Below, one piece after another: positions 1 through 7,591 of a stretch of 32,000 bases of DNA. Where the stretch lies: NCBI GenBank assembly GCA_964396455.1, contig CAYNFG010000004.1:4161-36160 (forward strand), given 5' to 3'. The DNA comes from an uncultured Nitrososphaeria archaeon. GTDB lineage: Archaea; Thermoproteota; Nitrososphaeria_A; Caldarchaeales; Wolframiiraptoraceae. Within the stretch, counting starts at the first letter, position 1; each line of letters opens with the position of its first letter. The translations under genes and the position numbers were made by a program. Below the pieces are notes generated by a model. The model worked only from the letters and a program-made list of their open reading frames with translations. It had not been told where the DNA came from and searched no databases.

Positions 1-549
1 CTCCTTAAGCTTTTCGTTAAATTCTTTTGGGCTGGATGCTTTGAAGTATCCTGCCCCGCCCTTAGCTCCATGAAGCTTGACTATGACGAGGCGATCTATC
101 TCGGATGGATGCCGATACTGTCTGGGAGTTTTCACGCCAGCCTCCTCAAGCCACCTCCTCTGCCGGCTTCTATCGCCCTCCCAGTAAAGAGTTAATCGAT
201 TACCGAACATCGGAACCCGGAAATATTCCAGGATATTCTTCCCGCCGACATACTCCACGAAGGATCCATGCGGGATTATCAAAGCGTTCTCCGAGATCAG
301 CCTCTCCTGAAAATCCCTCTTCAAAATATCTTGATAGCTCTCAACCTCTAGGGTGATCTCCGGGCTCGCCTTCGGAAAACTCTCATAATATGGCTTATTC
401 CTCCTAAGAGATATCCCGATAGTCCCGAAGCCTTCGAGCCTCGCTCCGTGGAATATCTGTAGGGAGGAGTGGGAGCATATAGTCGCTATCCTAATATCCG
501 ATTCATCATACCTCGATAAGGCTTCTAGAATGGATTCTCTCGGAATCAT
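1..549 (-). CDS. purP: PurP paralogue (FAICAR synthetase, ATP-grasp), N-terminal 183 codons only. The C-terminus lies beyond the window edge.
   Basis: I translated the minus strand from the ATG at 549-547: MIPRESILEALSRYDESDIRIATICSHSSLQIFHGARLEGF...RVPMFGNRLTLYWEG...VKLHGAKGGAGYF. The frame stays open to position 1. It aligns without gaps to the N-terminus of the neighbouring PurP ORF. It is missing from the ORF track because it is truncated. Its ATG overlaps the upstream gene's TGA as ATGA. Confidence 0.8.
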   Translation of the reverse strand, partial: MIPRESILEALSRYDESDIRIATICSHSSLQIFHGARLEGFGTIGISLRRNKPYYESFPKASPEITLEVESYQDILKRDFQERLISENALIIPHGSFVEYVGGKNILEYFRVPMFGNRLTLYWEGDRSRQRRWLEEAGVKTPRQYRHPSEIDRLVIVKLHGAKGGAGYFKASSPKEFNEKLKE

Positions 550-1685
550 GTTACTAGATCCTCCAGCCTATCCTGCTTCACCGCCTCCTTAATCTCCAAG
601 GCTATCCTCCGGCCGACGCTCATCGAAAAGCCCCAAAGATTCTCAGAATAGGGGGTGAATTTTGTTCCAGGCGACCCCGGGACCCTCACGCTAACATCAT
701 ATACGACTATATCTTCATGCGGCGGACCTGGGACTATCATGCTCTGCAGGGCGAATGGCCCTATTACTCCGGGCGGATACTCTTCTCTAGCAACTTTCAC
801 GAATCTCTCCGCGAGCTCGAATGCCCGTTCGAGAAGCGATTCTCTTACGGTGCATGCTATATGGCCGCATTCGATCGTCCTAGGCTCGATATATCTTAAG
901 ACCTCCATCTGCTGGGGCGCCGGTATTCTGAGAATTCCCTCGAGGTTCGTCTGTCTGCGGGTATCGACCCCCAATAGCTCGATCTCGTCATCGAGCGGGG
1001 AGTAGAAGAAGTTGAAATTGAATGGTGTTCCGACGATAAACTCCTCTATAACCGCTTTCTCAAGCCCCTCTCTAGTTATCAGACCCTTTCGGATAAGCTC
1101 CTCAGCCTTCTCCTCGAACTCTTTCGGAGAAGATGCTAGGAAGAATGCTCGCTCAAACCCTCTCGCAGCCTCTGGTGCTTTAACCAAGACTAGACTATCG
1201 ATCTCGCTTGGATCATGGATCGTTTTAGGATAGGGTATCCCAGCCTTCTCCAAAAGATAATACTGGTTTCTCTCAACATCCCTCTCCTCGACCTTCAGGA
1301 GGAATCTATTACCGAACATGGGGACCCTAAACTCGTTCTCCAACCCCTCGTAGCCTACGTAAACGCATAGAGATCGATGGGGGATAAAGATCACGTTCTC
1401 GGATCTAAGCTTATCCTGGATATCGTTTCTCAAGATCTCTCGGAAACGCTCCAAAACTATTACCTCGTCAACTATTCCTACGTCTCGGCCGAGCTTCCTC
1501 CTACGCCTAAAATACTTTGCATAGGTCTTCTCCCTACCCCTCTGGCATACGACCACCGTCTCGAAACCCTCATCCTTAGCACCCCTACAAACCTCTAAGG
1601 CTGAGTGGCTTCCAAGAACGCCTATCCTAAGCTTCTCGGGAGAATAGCCCTCCAAGATCCTGAGAATCTCAGCTCTATCGATCAT
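546..1685 (-). CDS. purP: 5-formaminoimidazole-4-carboxamide ribonucleotide synthetase PurP (ATP-grasp, archaeal purine biosynthesis)
   Basis: PurP-type motifs: RIGVLGSHSALEVCRGAKDEGF, VPMFGNR, EEFIVGTPFNFNFFYSPL, GPFALQS. I moved the start to the internal ATG (MIDRAEILRILEGY) at 1685. That N-terminus matches the paralogue, and the longer track ORF (to 1871) would overlap nadK. Confidence 0.85.
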   Translation of the reverse strand: MIDRAEILRILEGYSPEKLRIGVLGSHSALEVCRGAKDEGFETVVVCQRGREKTYAKYFRRRRKLGRDVGIVDEVIVLERFREILRNDIQDKLRSENVIFIPHRSLCVYVGYEGLENEFRVPMFGNRFLLKVEERDVERNQYYLLEKAGIPYPKTIHDPSEIDSLVLVKAPEAARGFERAFFLASSPKEFEEKAEELIRKGLITREGLEKAVIEEFIVGTPFNFNFFYSPLDDEIELLGVDTRRQTNLEGILRIPAPQQMEVLRYIEPRTIECGHIACTVRESLLERAFELAERFVKVAREEYPPGVIGPFALQSMIVPGPPHEDIVVYDVSVRVPGSPGTKFTPYSENLWGFSMSVGRRIALEIKEAVKQDRLEDLVT

Positions 1686-1715
1686 TCCTACACGACGAAG
1701 AAGCCCCCTAGTTAT

Positions 1716-1727
1716 GAATATTATTTC
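1716..1727 (-). promoter_or_regulatory. Candidate TATA box for purP
   Basis: The minus strand reads GAAATAATATTC about 30-35 nt upstream of the ATG at 1685, which is typical archaeal TATA spacing. Confidence 0.3.
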
Positions 1728-1763
1728 TCCAGTCAGATCGATCGGGCTCGAGCCGGAATCGAA

Positions 1764-1776
1764 CATTAAATAAATT
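1764..1776 (+). promoter_or_regulatory. Candidate TATA box for the nadK operon
   Basis: CATTAAATAAATT lies about 30 nt upstream of the ATG at 1806, implying a leaderless or short-leader transcript. It is followed by the palindromes TTCTAGAA (1775-1782) and CTCTAGAG. Confidence 0.35.
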
Positions 1777-1805
1777 CTAGAAACGCTCTCTAGAGGGCGG
1801 TAGGG

Positions 1806-2615
1806 ATGGCCAGGACGTTCGCCGTCGTATATACGGAGAAGAGGCGGGACGCCTATGAGGCAGCCCAGCATGTAAAAAGAGTTCTCGAGAGCTGTGGGGT
1901 TGGCGTGCAGATATATGGTGCGAGCGAGATCGTGGGCGGAAGGCTTCCGGAGGAGATTAGCCTGGCGATAGCCTTGGGCGGCGATGGAACGATACTTAAG
2001 ACTATTGGAGCTATGCCGGATGCCGATATACCGATCCTAGGGGTTAATTTTGGTCGAGGTGGATTCTTGGCGGAGATCGAGGCAAAGAATCTCAACCATG
2101 CTCTCGAGAAGATTTTATCAGGCGAGTATATGGTCGAGCGAATTATGATGATCTCGATAAAGGCTGGATCGGAGATGCTCGGCAACTTCCTTAATGAAGC
2201 GTATATAGGATCGCAGATTATGGGTAAGACGCTTAGCTTCAGGATCTTTAGGGATGGTCTGGAGCTCGTCGAGGGGCTTGCAGACGCCCTAATAATCTCG
2301 ACCCCGACCGGGTCTACAGCCTACGCGTTCTCAGCCGGAGGACCGATAGTCGATGATGAGCTTGAAGCCGCTATCCTGACTCCGGTCTGCCCGATCTCGA
2401 ATCTTAGACCCATGGTTTTATCTCTTAGACATAAACTAGCGATAGAAGTCTCGGCCGATTATGGGATCGCCATCCTACTCGATGGATATGCCTTGAGGAA
2501 GATCGATGAGAAGAGGGTGATGATAGAGGTTGAGCAGTCGAGATGCTCCGCATCCTTTATCAGGCTTGGAGAGGATAGGGGGTTTGTGAGGAGGGTTAGG
2601 AAGAAGCTTGGCTAG
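1806..2615 (+). CDS. nadK: NAD kinase
   Basis: GGDGTIL motif, NEAYI, and STPTGSTAYAFSAGGPIV. Length of 269 aa is typical. Confidence 0.9.
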   Translation: MARTFAVVYTEKRRDAYEAAQHVKRVLESCGVGVQIYGASEIVGGRLPEEISLAIALGGDGTILKTIGAMPDADIPILGVNFGRGGFLAEIEAKNLNHALEKILSGEYMVERIMMISIKAGSEMLGNFLNEAYIGSQIMGKTLSFRIFRDGLELVEGLADALIISTPTGSTAYAFSAGGPIVDDELEAAILTPVCPISNLRPMVLSLRHKLAIEVSADYGIAILLDGYALRKIDEKRVMIEVEQSRCSASFIRLGEDRGFVRRVRKKLG

Positions 2616-3108
2616 GAAGGTGAAGGTTCTGGACTCAGCAGCATTCATCCTAGGCTTTACGGAGGCTTCGGGCGAGCTGGCGGTCACGTCAAGTAAGGTT
2701 TTGGAGGAGGCTAAATACGGTGGAGCGAGGTATAGGGCTTTAGCTAGCAAGGAGGGAGAGATGATAAAGATAATCGATCCTAAGCCAGAATACCTTAAGG
2801 AGGTTATGGAGCTTGCAAGGAGGATGGGCGAGCTAGAATTATCCGAGGCAGATCTAAGCATTCTAGCGCTCGCGCTCCAGCTTTCCCGAGAAGGCTTCGA
2901 GCCATGCCTCGTAACCTCAGACTACTCGATCCAGAATCTAGCATCCAAGCTCGGGATAGGAATACAGCCGATACTTCATGATGGGATAAAGAGGATGATA
3001 AGCTGGGAGACCTATTGTAGCGTCTGCAAATGGAGCGGGGAGGCCGCTCCAGGAGAGCCATGCCCAAGATGTGGGCATAGGCTGAAGAGGAGGCCGAGAA
3101 AGACGTGA
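2608..3108 (+). CDS. nob1: Nob1-like PIN-domain endonuclease with C-terminal zinc ribbon (pre-16S rRNA 3' end maturation)
   Basis: N-terminal PIN acidic residues (VLDSAAF, SEADLS, TSDYS). C-terminal CSVC...CPRCGHRLKRR zinc ribbon. The TTG start overlaps the nadK stop. Confidence 0.7.
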   Translation: MARKVKVLDSAAFILGFTEASGELAVTSSKVLEEAKYGGARYRALASKEGEMIKIIDPKPEYLKEVMELARRMGELELSEADLSILALALQLSREGFEPCLVTSDYSIQNLASKLGIGIQPILHDGIKRMISWETYCSVCKWSGEAAPGEPCPRCGHRLKRRPRKT

Positions 3109-3626
3109 GGATAAGAATACTCTCAGAGCTTAAAGATGAGGAGGTCCTAAGAAGGATTGCGGATGTTCTAAGAGAGATTTATGGGGAGGAGGTAGAATTG
3201 GAGCTTGCCGAAAGCCTGATCGATGAAAGATTTCTAAACCCCATCAGAAGGCAATATGATGCTTGGAGGATAGTCCAATACTATCAACATATTCCAGAAG
3301 CTGATGAATACGTGCTATTAGTAACGGATAGGGATTTATACGCCGCAGGACTTAACTTCGTATTCGGCCTAGCGTGGAGGAGGGTGGCGATAATCTCAAC
3401 CCATAGGCTTCATCCAGAATTCTATGGCCAACCAGCAGATCGAGAACTCTTCATCGAAAGAGCCTTGAAGGAGGCGGTTCATGAGATCGGCCATCTTCAC
3501 GGGCTATCGCACTGCAAGAATGAGAGGTGCGTGATGAGGTTCAGCAACTCGATCCTAGATACGGACTACAAATCCTATATGCCATGCGAAAAATGCTTGG
3601 CGAAGCTAAGACTCCTCAGATCCTAA
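3105..3626 (+). CDS. amzA: Archaemetzincin (AmzA family zinc metalloprotease)
   Basis: HEIGHLHGLSHC motif followed by CVM...C..C cysteines, which is the archaemetzincin signature. The GTG start overlaps the nob1 TGA as GTGA. Confidence 0.85.
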   Translation: MRIRILSELKDEEVLRRIADVLREIYGEEVELELAESLIDERFLNPIRRQYDAWRIVQYYQHIPEADEYVLLVTDRDLYAAGLNFVFGLAWRRVAIISTHRLHPEFYGQPADRELFIERALKEAVHEIGHLHGLSHCKNERCVMRFSNSILDTDYKSYMPCEKCLAKLRLLRS

Positions 3627-4025
3627 CTGCTTATTCTTCTCCTCAAGCTCCTTTAGAACCTGCTTTACATAGGATCTCGGTAGAGCGCCCGCCTCGATTA
3701 GATTGACTATGGAGTTCGGCGAGGCTTTGCCCGAGACCTTTCCGAGAGTCCCCTTAACCTGCCTCCAGATCAGGCTCGTATTCCCGCTCTTAGAATTATA
3801 GATTACTCCGAGAACCTCATACGCCTTAACAAATCGGATATCCCGAATCTCTCCTAAATCAAGCTTGGAAAGAGCCTCAACATAGATCCTACCAGGATTG
3901 ATATCTCTCTCCGGGAAGATGGTTGGATCTTTCAGATAGCCTTTTGGAATGAATGAGTAGCAGGTGTTCAGGATTACAAACCTTCTAAACTTTTCAAGCG
4001 TCGTCCTTATCTCGATCTCCACCAC
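3606..4025 (-). CDS. Hypothetical protein (139 aa), GTG start
   Basis: ORF with the local codon bias. I recognise no family motif. Its 3' end overlaps the amzA 3' end convergently by 21 nt. Confidence 0.5.
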   Translation of the reverse strand: MVEIEIRTTLEKFRRFVILNTCYSFIPKGYLKDPTIFPERDINPGRIYVEALSKLDLGEIRDIRFVKAYEVLGVIYNSKSGNTSLIWRQVKGTLGKVSGKASPNSIVNLIEAGALPRSYVKQVLKELEEKNKQLGSEES

Positions 4026-4176
4026 TTTGGCGCCACCGTCCGCAGCCTATCGTCTGCCATCTAGGTATGTCTCCATACATCCTAAATAACCTTTTTATCT
4101 GATCGCAGAAGCCTCCCGAGCCGGCTGCAAGACCTAAAAATCTCACGGTATTTCCACGAGCTATGCCGTGGAGCAT
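3994..4176 (-). CDS. Small ORF (60 aa). Either a separate overlapping gene or the detached N-terminus of the downstream ORF.
   Basis: ATG start, preceded by a divergent promoter region. It overlaps the next ORF by 32 nt in a +1 relationship. See findings. Confidence 0.25.
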   Translation of the reverse strand: MLHGIARGNTVRFLGLAAGSGGFCDQIKRLFRMYGDIPRWQTIGCGRWRQSGGDRDKDDA

Positions 4177-4227
4177 GCTAGAGAATATTCCTTAATAATT
4201 TGAGGAGCCTTACCCGGCAGGGAGGAG

Positions 4228-5985
4228 ATGACTTCGAAGGAGAGGGCTGCAAGCTCGCTGAAAGAATCCGCGAAGCCTACTGGCACCTATATTCGAGAGG
4301 TTATCCTCGAGAATTTCATGAGCCACGAGTATTCTAGAATCCCGCTTAAGCCTGGAATGAACTTGATAACTGGGCCTAATGGCGCTGGAAAATCCTCCAT
4401 ACTCCTCGGGATAGCCGTCGCCCTAGGCCAAACCTATACAGATAGAGCTGAGAGGCTTAGCGATCTAATCAGGAGGGGGGAGAAGGCTGCTAGAGTAACG
4501 GTGGTCTTCGATAATAGGGAAGTGGATGGGAAGAGACCTATACCATGGCTGAACTCGGATCAACTAGTTATTACAAGATACTTGAAAAGAAGCGGCGAGT
4601 ACTGGCATTACGTTAATAATAGGCTTAAGACGAAGGCCGAGGTCGAGCACCTCCTCAAGAGGCTTGGCATAAACCCGAACAATATGCTGATAATAATGCA
4701 TCAGAATATGATAGAGGAATTCGCTGCAAGAAATAACGTCGAGAAGCTTAGAATGGTCGAGGACGCCGTCGGAGCATCCCAGTTCAGGCAGAGGATAATC
4801 GAGGCCGAGGCAAAATTAAAAGATATCCAAACGCAGGAGAAAAGCCTGAAAAGAGCATTAGAGGAGGCGAAGGCAGCAGTAGACTACTGGAAGGAGCAAT
4901 ATGAGAAGCTTCTAATGAAGAAGAGGCTGGAAGAGGAAAAGCGGAGGCTCGAGTTAGAATATGCTTGGGCTATAGTAGCCGAAGCAGAGGCGTCAATAAA
5001 CAGGATTAGAGAAAAGATCGAAGCCCTAATGCTTGAGGAGAGAAAGCTCCTCGGAGAGATAGAATATCATGAAGCAGAGGTCGATAGAATCAAGAAGAGT
5101 CTAATAGACCTGATAGAAGCCATCAAGCGAGGAGAACTCGTAAACCTAGAAGGCTTCGAAAAAGATCTGGATATCCTATTGGAGGAGAAGGGCGCGGCCG
5201 AGGTCTCGAAGTATAAGCTTCAGCTAAACAAGTCTGAGCAAAAGAGGCTCGGCTACGAGCTTAGGAGGCTTGAAAAAGAGCTTGCAGAAAAGACTAGGAA
5301 CGCATCTGCTCTCGGCGAGAGAATTAAGACTAGTAGAAAGCCTGCCGAAGTCCTCGAAGAGCTGAAATCGATCTCGCTTAAGATCGCATCCCTAGGAGAG
5401 GTCTTAGAGGAGGCTGAGGATATGTATCTAATAGCCGACTCTAGATATCGGGAAACCGAGCAGAAGTCCATGGAGGTGGAGGAGAATCTCAAAAGAGCCT
5501 TGGAGGAGGTCGAGTATAGGAAGGAGGTTTGGAGGAAATTCCTCAGAAATCTCGTAAATGAGGTTGAGCCTCAGTTTAACGCGATCCTCTCCCATGTCGG
5601 CGGCAAGGGCAGGATAGTCCTTAGAAATCTGGAGAATCCTGAGAAAGCCAGTATAGAGCTCCACGTAGGCTTTAGGGGGGCAGATCCCGTGCTGCTCGAC
5701 GCCCAGACGCATAGCGGGGGAGAGAGGATAGTCGGGACGCTAGCCTTCCTACTAGCCTTGCAGAAATATGTTAAATCACCGTTCAGGGCGGTCGATGAGT
5801 TCGACGTCCACCTCGATCCGCTAAATAGAGAACGCATGATAGAACTCCTCCTAAGCGTAGCTGGGGGGGAGGAGAGAACCCAATATATCATAATAACGCC
5901 TGGAAAGATACCGGTTACCGAGGAGATGAACATAATCATAGTCCAGAATATAGGCGGAAAATCCGTGATCGGGAAAGCGGGATAG
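4228..5985 (+). CDS. SMC5/6-like ABC ATPase with very short coiled coil and no hinge ('mini-SMC')
   Basis: Walker A GPNGAGKSS preceded by ENFMSH. Q-loop MHQN. Signature motif HSGGER. Walker B/D-loop SPFRAVDEFDVHLDPLNRER. C-terminal QYIIITPGK, with TP in place of the canonical SMC TH. Residues ~180-455 are heptad-rich. The protein contains no cysteine. Confidence 0.8.
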   Translation: MTSKERAASSLKESAKPTGTYIREVILENFMSHEYSRIPLKPGMNLITGPNGAGKSSILLGIAVALGQTYTDRAERLSDLIRRGEKAARVTVVFDNREVDGKRPIPWLNSDQLVITRYLKRSGEYWHYVNNRLKTKAEVEHLLKRLGINPNNMLIIMHQNMIEEFAARNNVEKLRMVEDAVGASQFRQRIIEAEAKLKDIQTQEKSLKRALEEAKAAVDYWKEQYEKLLMKKRLEEEKRRLELEYAWAIVAEAEASINRIREKIEALMLEERKLLGEIEYHEAEVDRIKKSLIDLIEAIKRGELVNLEGFEKDLDILLEEKGAAEVSKYKLQLNKSEQKRLGYELRRLEKELAEKTRNASALGERIKTSRKPAEVLEELKSISLKIASLGEVLEEAEDMYLIADSRYRETEQKSMEVEENLKRALEEVEYRKEVWRKFLRNLVNEVEPQFNAILSHVGGKGRIVLRNLENPEKASIELHVGFRGADPVLLDAQTHSGGERIVGTLAFLLALQKYVKSPFRAVDEFDVHLDPLNRERMIELLLSVAGGEERTQYIIITPGKIPVTEEMNIIIVQNIGGKSVIGKAG

Positions 5986-6004
5986 GATCCGGAGGCTAAA
6001 CCCT

Positions 6005-6766
6005 ATGATCGAGAAGAGGTTTAGGGTTTCGAGAGAGGAGCTTGAGAAGATTATTCAGATATGTGAGAATATCGAGAAGCGTGGGCTGAACCCCTTCACG
6101 ATCAACGTTCGAGATATCCTCTCAAAGCTTAGGAGGATGCTTGAGGAGAACCTCGACCTAGATTATTATGTTCTCGATGCCGAGACCATGTATAAGATCA
6201 CAACCCTGATAGCTCTCCAGCATAGATGGCTTAGGGAGAAGGCTCAGGCGCTCTTCGTAGATGCTCAGATGATCGAGACGAGGCTACTCGCCCTAGACAA
6301 GAAATCGATCGTGAGAGCATTTCTCAAAGCATGGAGACCTATAATCTCTCTCGAGCATATCACCCTACAGAGGCTGAGGCAGGGGGCGGAACATTTCCTA
6401 AGCCTACCTCCGAGAGGAGAGGAGAGATCATGGGGCTGGAAGGTCTCCCAGAAGGATGTCGAATTTCTTAAGACGAGCCTAGAATCCGAAGAAGAATTAT
6501 CCCAGAAGGTTAAAAGCCTGCACGAGGAGCTTCTCAGAGAATACGAGGCAGGAGGAGAAGTAGATTACTGGAGCTTCATAAATAGGGGCGGGTTCGAGAA
6601 AAACTTTGAGCGAGCATATCTACTAAGCTTCCTCATAACCGAAGGATATGTCGATGTAAAGCGGAATCCGCTCAAGGGCGAGATAAAGCTCATCCCCAGA
6701 AGGGAGAAGGCTGAAAGAAAACAGCCGGTCTCCCTAGTCATAGTTATGAGAGGTGAGGATAAGTGA
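6005..6766 (+). CDS. scpA: ScpA-like kleisin
   Basis: N-terminal RGLNPFTINVRDIL resembles the archaeal ScpA motif (G-x-INPWDIDV). The C-terminal block ERAYLLSFLITEGYVDVKRNP..GEIKLIP is winged-helix-like. It starts 19 nt after the SMC-like gene. Confidence 0.6.
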   Translation: MIEKRFRVSREELEKIIQICENIEKRGLNPFTINVRDILSKLRRMLEENLDLDYYVLDAETMYKITTLIALQHRWLREKAQALFVDAQMIETRLLALDKKSIVRAFLKAWRPIISLEHITLQRLRQGAEHFLSLPPRGEERSWGWKVSQKDVEFLKTSLESEEELSQKVKSLHEELLREYEAGGEVDYWSFINRGGFEKNFERAYLLSFLITEGYVDVKRNPLKGEIKLIPRREKAERKQPVSLVIVMRGEDK

Positions 6767-7326
6767 GCAACGAGGATACGTTCTCCAGAAAGCTCATGAC
6801 CGCAGCGGCCATGCTCCTATTCAAAAGCCATCGAAAACCGGGCGTGAAGGGATGGGAACTGAAGCATAGGCTGGGGAAGAATTACATGAAGATCATAGAC
6901 GCCCTAAACTCTTATCTCAAGAGGATAGGCTTGGAGGTGAAGACGGTCTTCGAGGAGGGCGAAGACCTCGATAAAGCCCGATTCTATGTAACCTTCGCCC
7001 ATCCGCTAACCCTATCAGATCTAGTAACAGCCGGATGGAGTATAGATGAGGTCGCCGTGCTCGCCGTAACCCTCTCGATACTTGCAAGTAGAGGAGGAAA
7101 GGCGCCCGCTAAAGAGGTGCTCGAAATACTCCAAACAAAGCTGCCGAGATGGAGGGCTGAAGCCCATCTAGAAAGAGCCATCAGAAGAGGATACATCGAG
7201 AAAACGGAGGAAGACATGCTCGTAATAGGCTGGAGGACGAAAGTCGAGATAGATCAGAAGGAACTTCTAAAATCTCTGCTTGAGATGAAGCCTGAAGAAG
7301 CTGCTGAAGAGGATTCTAAAGAGTAG
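6763..7326 (+). CDS. scpB: ScpB-like / KITE-family tandem winged-helix protein
   Basis: Two WH-like halves (AAMLLFKSHRKPGVKGWELKHRL...; VLAVTLSILASRGGKAPAKEVLEIL...RRGYIEK) and an acidic tail. The GTG start overlaps the kleisin TGA as GTGA. An alternative ATG lies at 6796. Confidence 0.5.
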   Translation: MSNEDTFSRKLMTAAAMLLFKSHRKPGVKGWELKHRLGKNYMKIIDALNSYLKRIGLEVKTVFEEGEDLDKARFYVTFAHPLTLSDLVTAGWSIDEVAVLAVTLSILASRGGKAPAKEVLEILQTKLPRWRAEAHLERAIRRGYIEKTEEDMLVIGWRTKVEIDQKELLKSLLEMKPEEAAEEDSKE

Positions 7327-7353
7327 CATAGCTTCTCGAGCCAAGCTGATAAG

Positions 7354-7405
7354 ATTCTAGAATTACTAGAAGATCCTCCAGATATCGATCGAGGAATTCT
7401 AGAAT
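7354..7405. repeat. Two copies of the perfect 10-bp palindrome ATTCTAGAAT, 42 bp apart
   Basis: Copies at 7354-7363 and 7396-7405. TCGATCGA and GATATC palindromes lie between them. Confidence 0.6.
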
Positions 7406-7456
7406 AGAAACCGTTAAACCATTATGGAAAGAATTACTTCATGTGGAGTTGGAGAA

Positions 7457-7492
7457 GGGATCGACTGGATCCCAGCTTAAGATCATGATCTT
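7457..7492. repeat. Hairpin GGGATC-N5-GATCCC (7457-7473) followed by the 14-bp perfect palindrome AAGATCATGATCTT (7479-7492)
   Basis: Read directly from the sequence, in the 265-nt spacer between the SMC operon and the satP-like gene. Confidence 0.6.
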
Positions 7493-7555
7493 GCTAGCGC
7501 TTAACCTAGCCTTGGTTATCGGACTGCTCATTTTAGGATTTATCTAGCCCCGGGT

Positions 7556-7569
7556 TTAAGATTTATAAG
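7556..7569 (+). promoter_or_regulatory. Candidate TATA box for the satP-like gene
   Basis: TTAAGATTTATAAG is centred about 28 nt upstream of the ATG at 7592. Confidence 0.4.
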
Positions 7570-7591
7570 AAGTCTGGAAAGATCCATCAAC

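Noticed and set aside
655-1005. Long antisense ORFs throughout the track. Examples: 655-1005, 1853-2185, 5571-5939, 8794-9225, 10685-11068, 13552-13965, 17638-18048, 24371-24703, 28105-28470.
   Set aside because: Each lies wholly inside, and antisense to, a gene with clear family motifs. Their translations are low-complexity (Ser/Pro/Leu/Arg-rich). The genome's palindromic codon-pair bias depletes stop codons on the opposite strand.
1686-1871. N-terminal extension of the PurP ORF (track start at 1871) overlapping nadK.
   Set aside because: The internal ATG at 1685 gives an N-terminus that aligns with the paralogue, and it leaves a normal divergent promoter with TATA-like elements.
2351-2385. 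ATGATGA followed 16 nt later by CTGA inside nadK. Other isolated TGATGA hexamers occur in coding regions, for example near 3531, 21978, 22577, 29700 and 31307.
   Set aside because: They are inside well-supported CDSs (Asp-Asp-Glu codons and similar). Spacing is wrong, and there are no matching C'/D' boxes or D box at guide distance.
4228-7326. Interpretation of the SMC-like operon as a Wadjet (JetABCD) or MksBEF anti-plasmid system.
   Set aside because: There is no JetD/Toprim nuclease gene or MksG. The ATPase is half the JetC/MksB size. The head motifs and the ScpA-like kleisin point elsewhere. I kept it only as an alternative hypothesis within the main finding.
7485-7547. 20-codon hydrophobic micro-ORF (MILLALNLALVIGLLILGFI) upstream of the satP-like gene.
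   Set aside because: I see no ribosome-binding site or promoter for it, and its start lies inside the 14-bp palindrome. It is too short to support without conservation or ribosome-profiling data.
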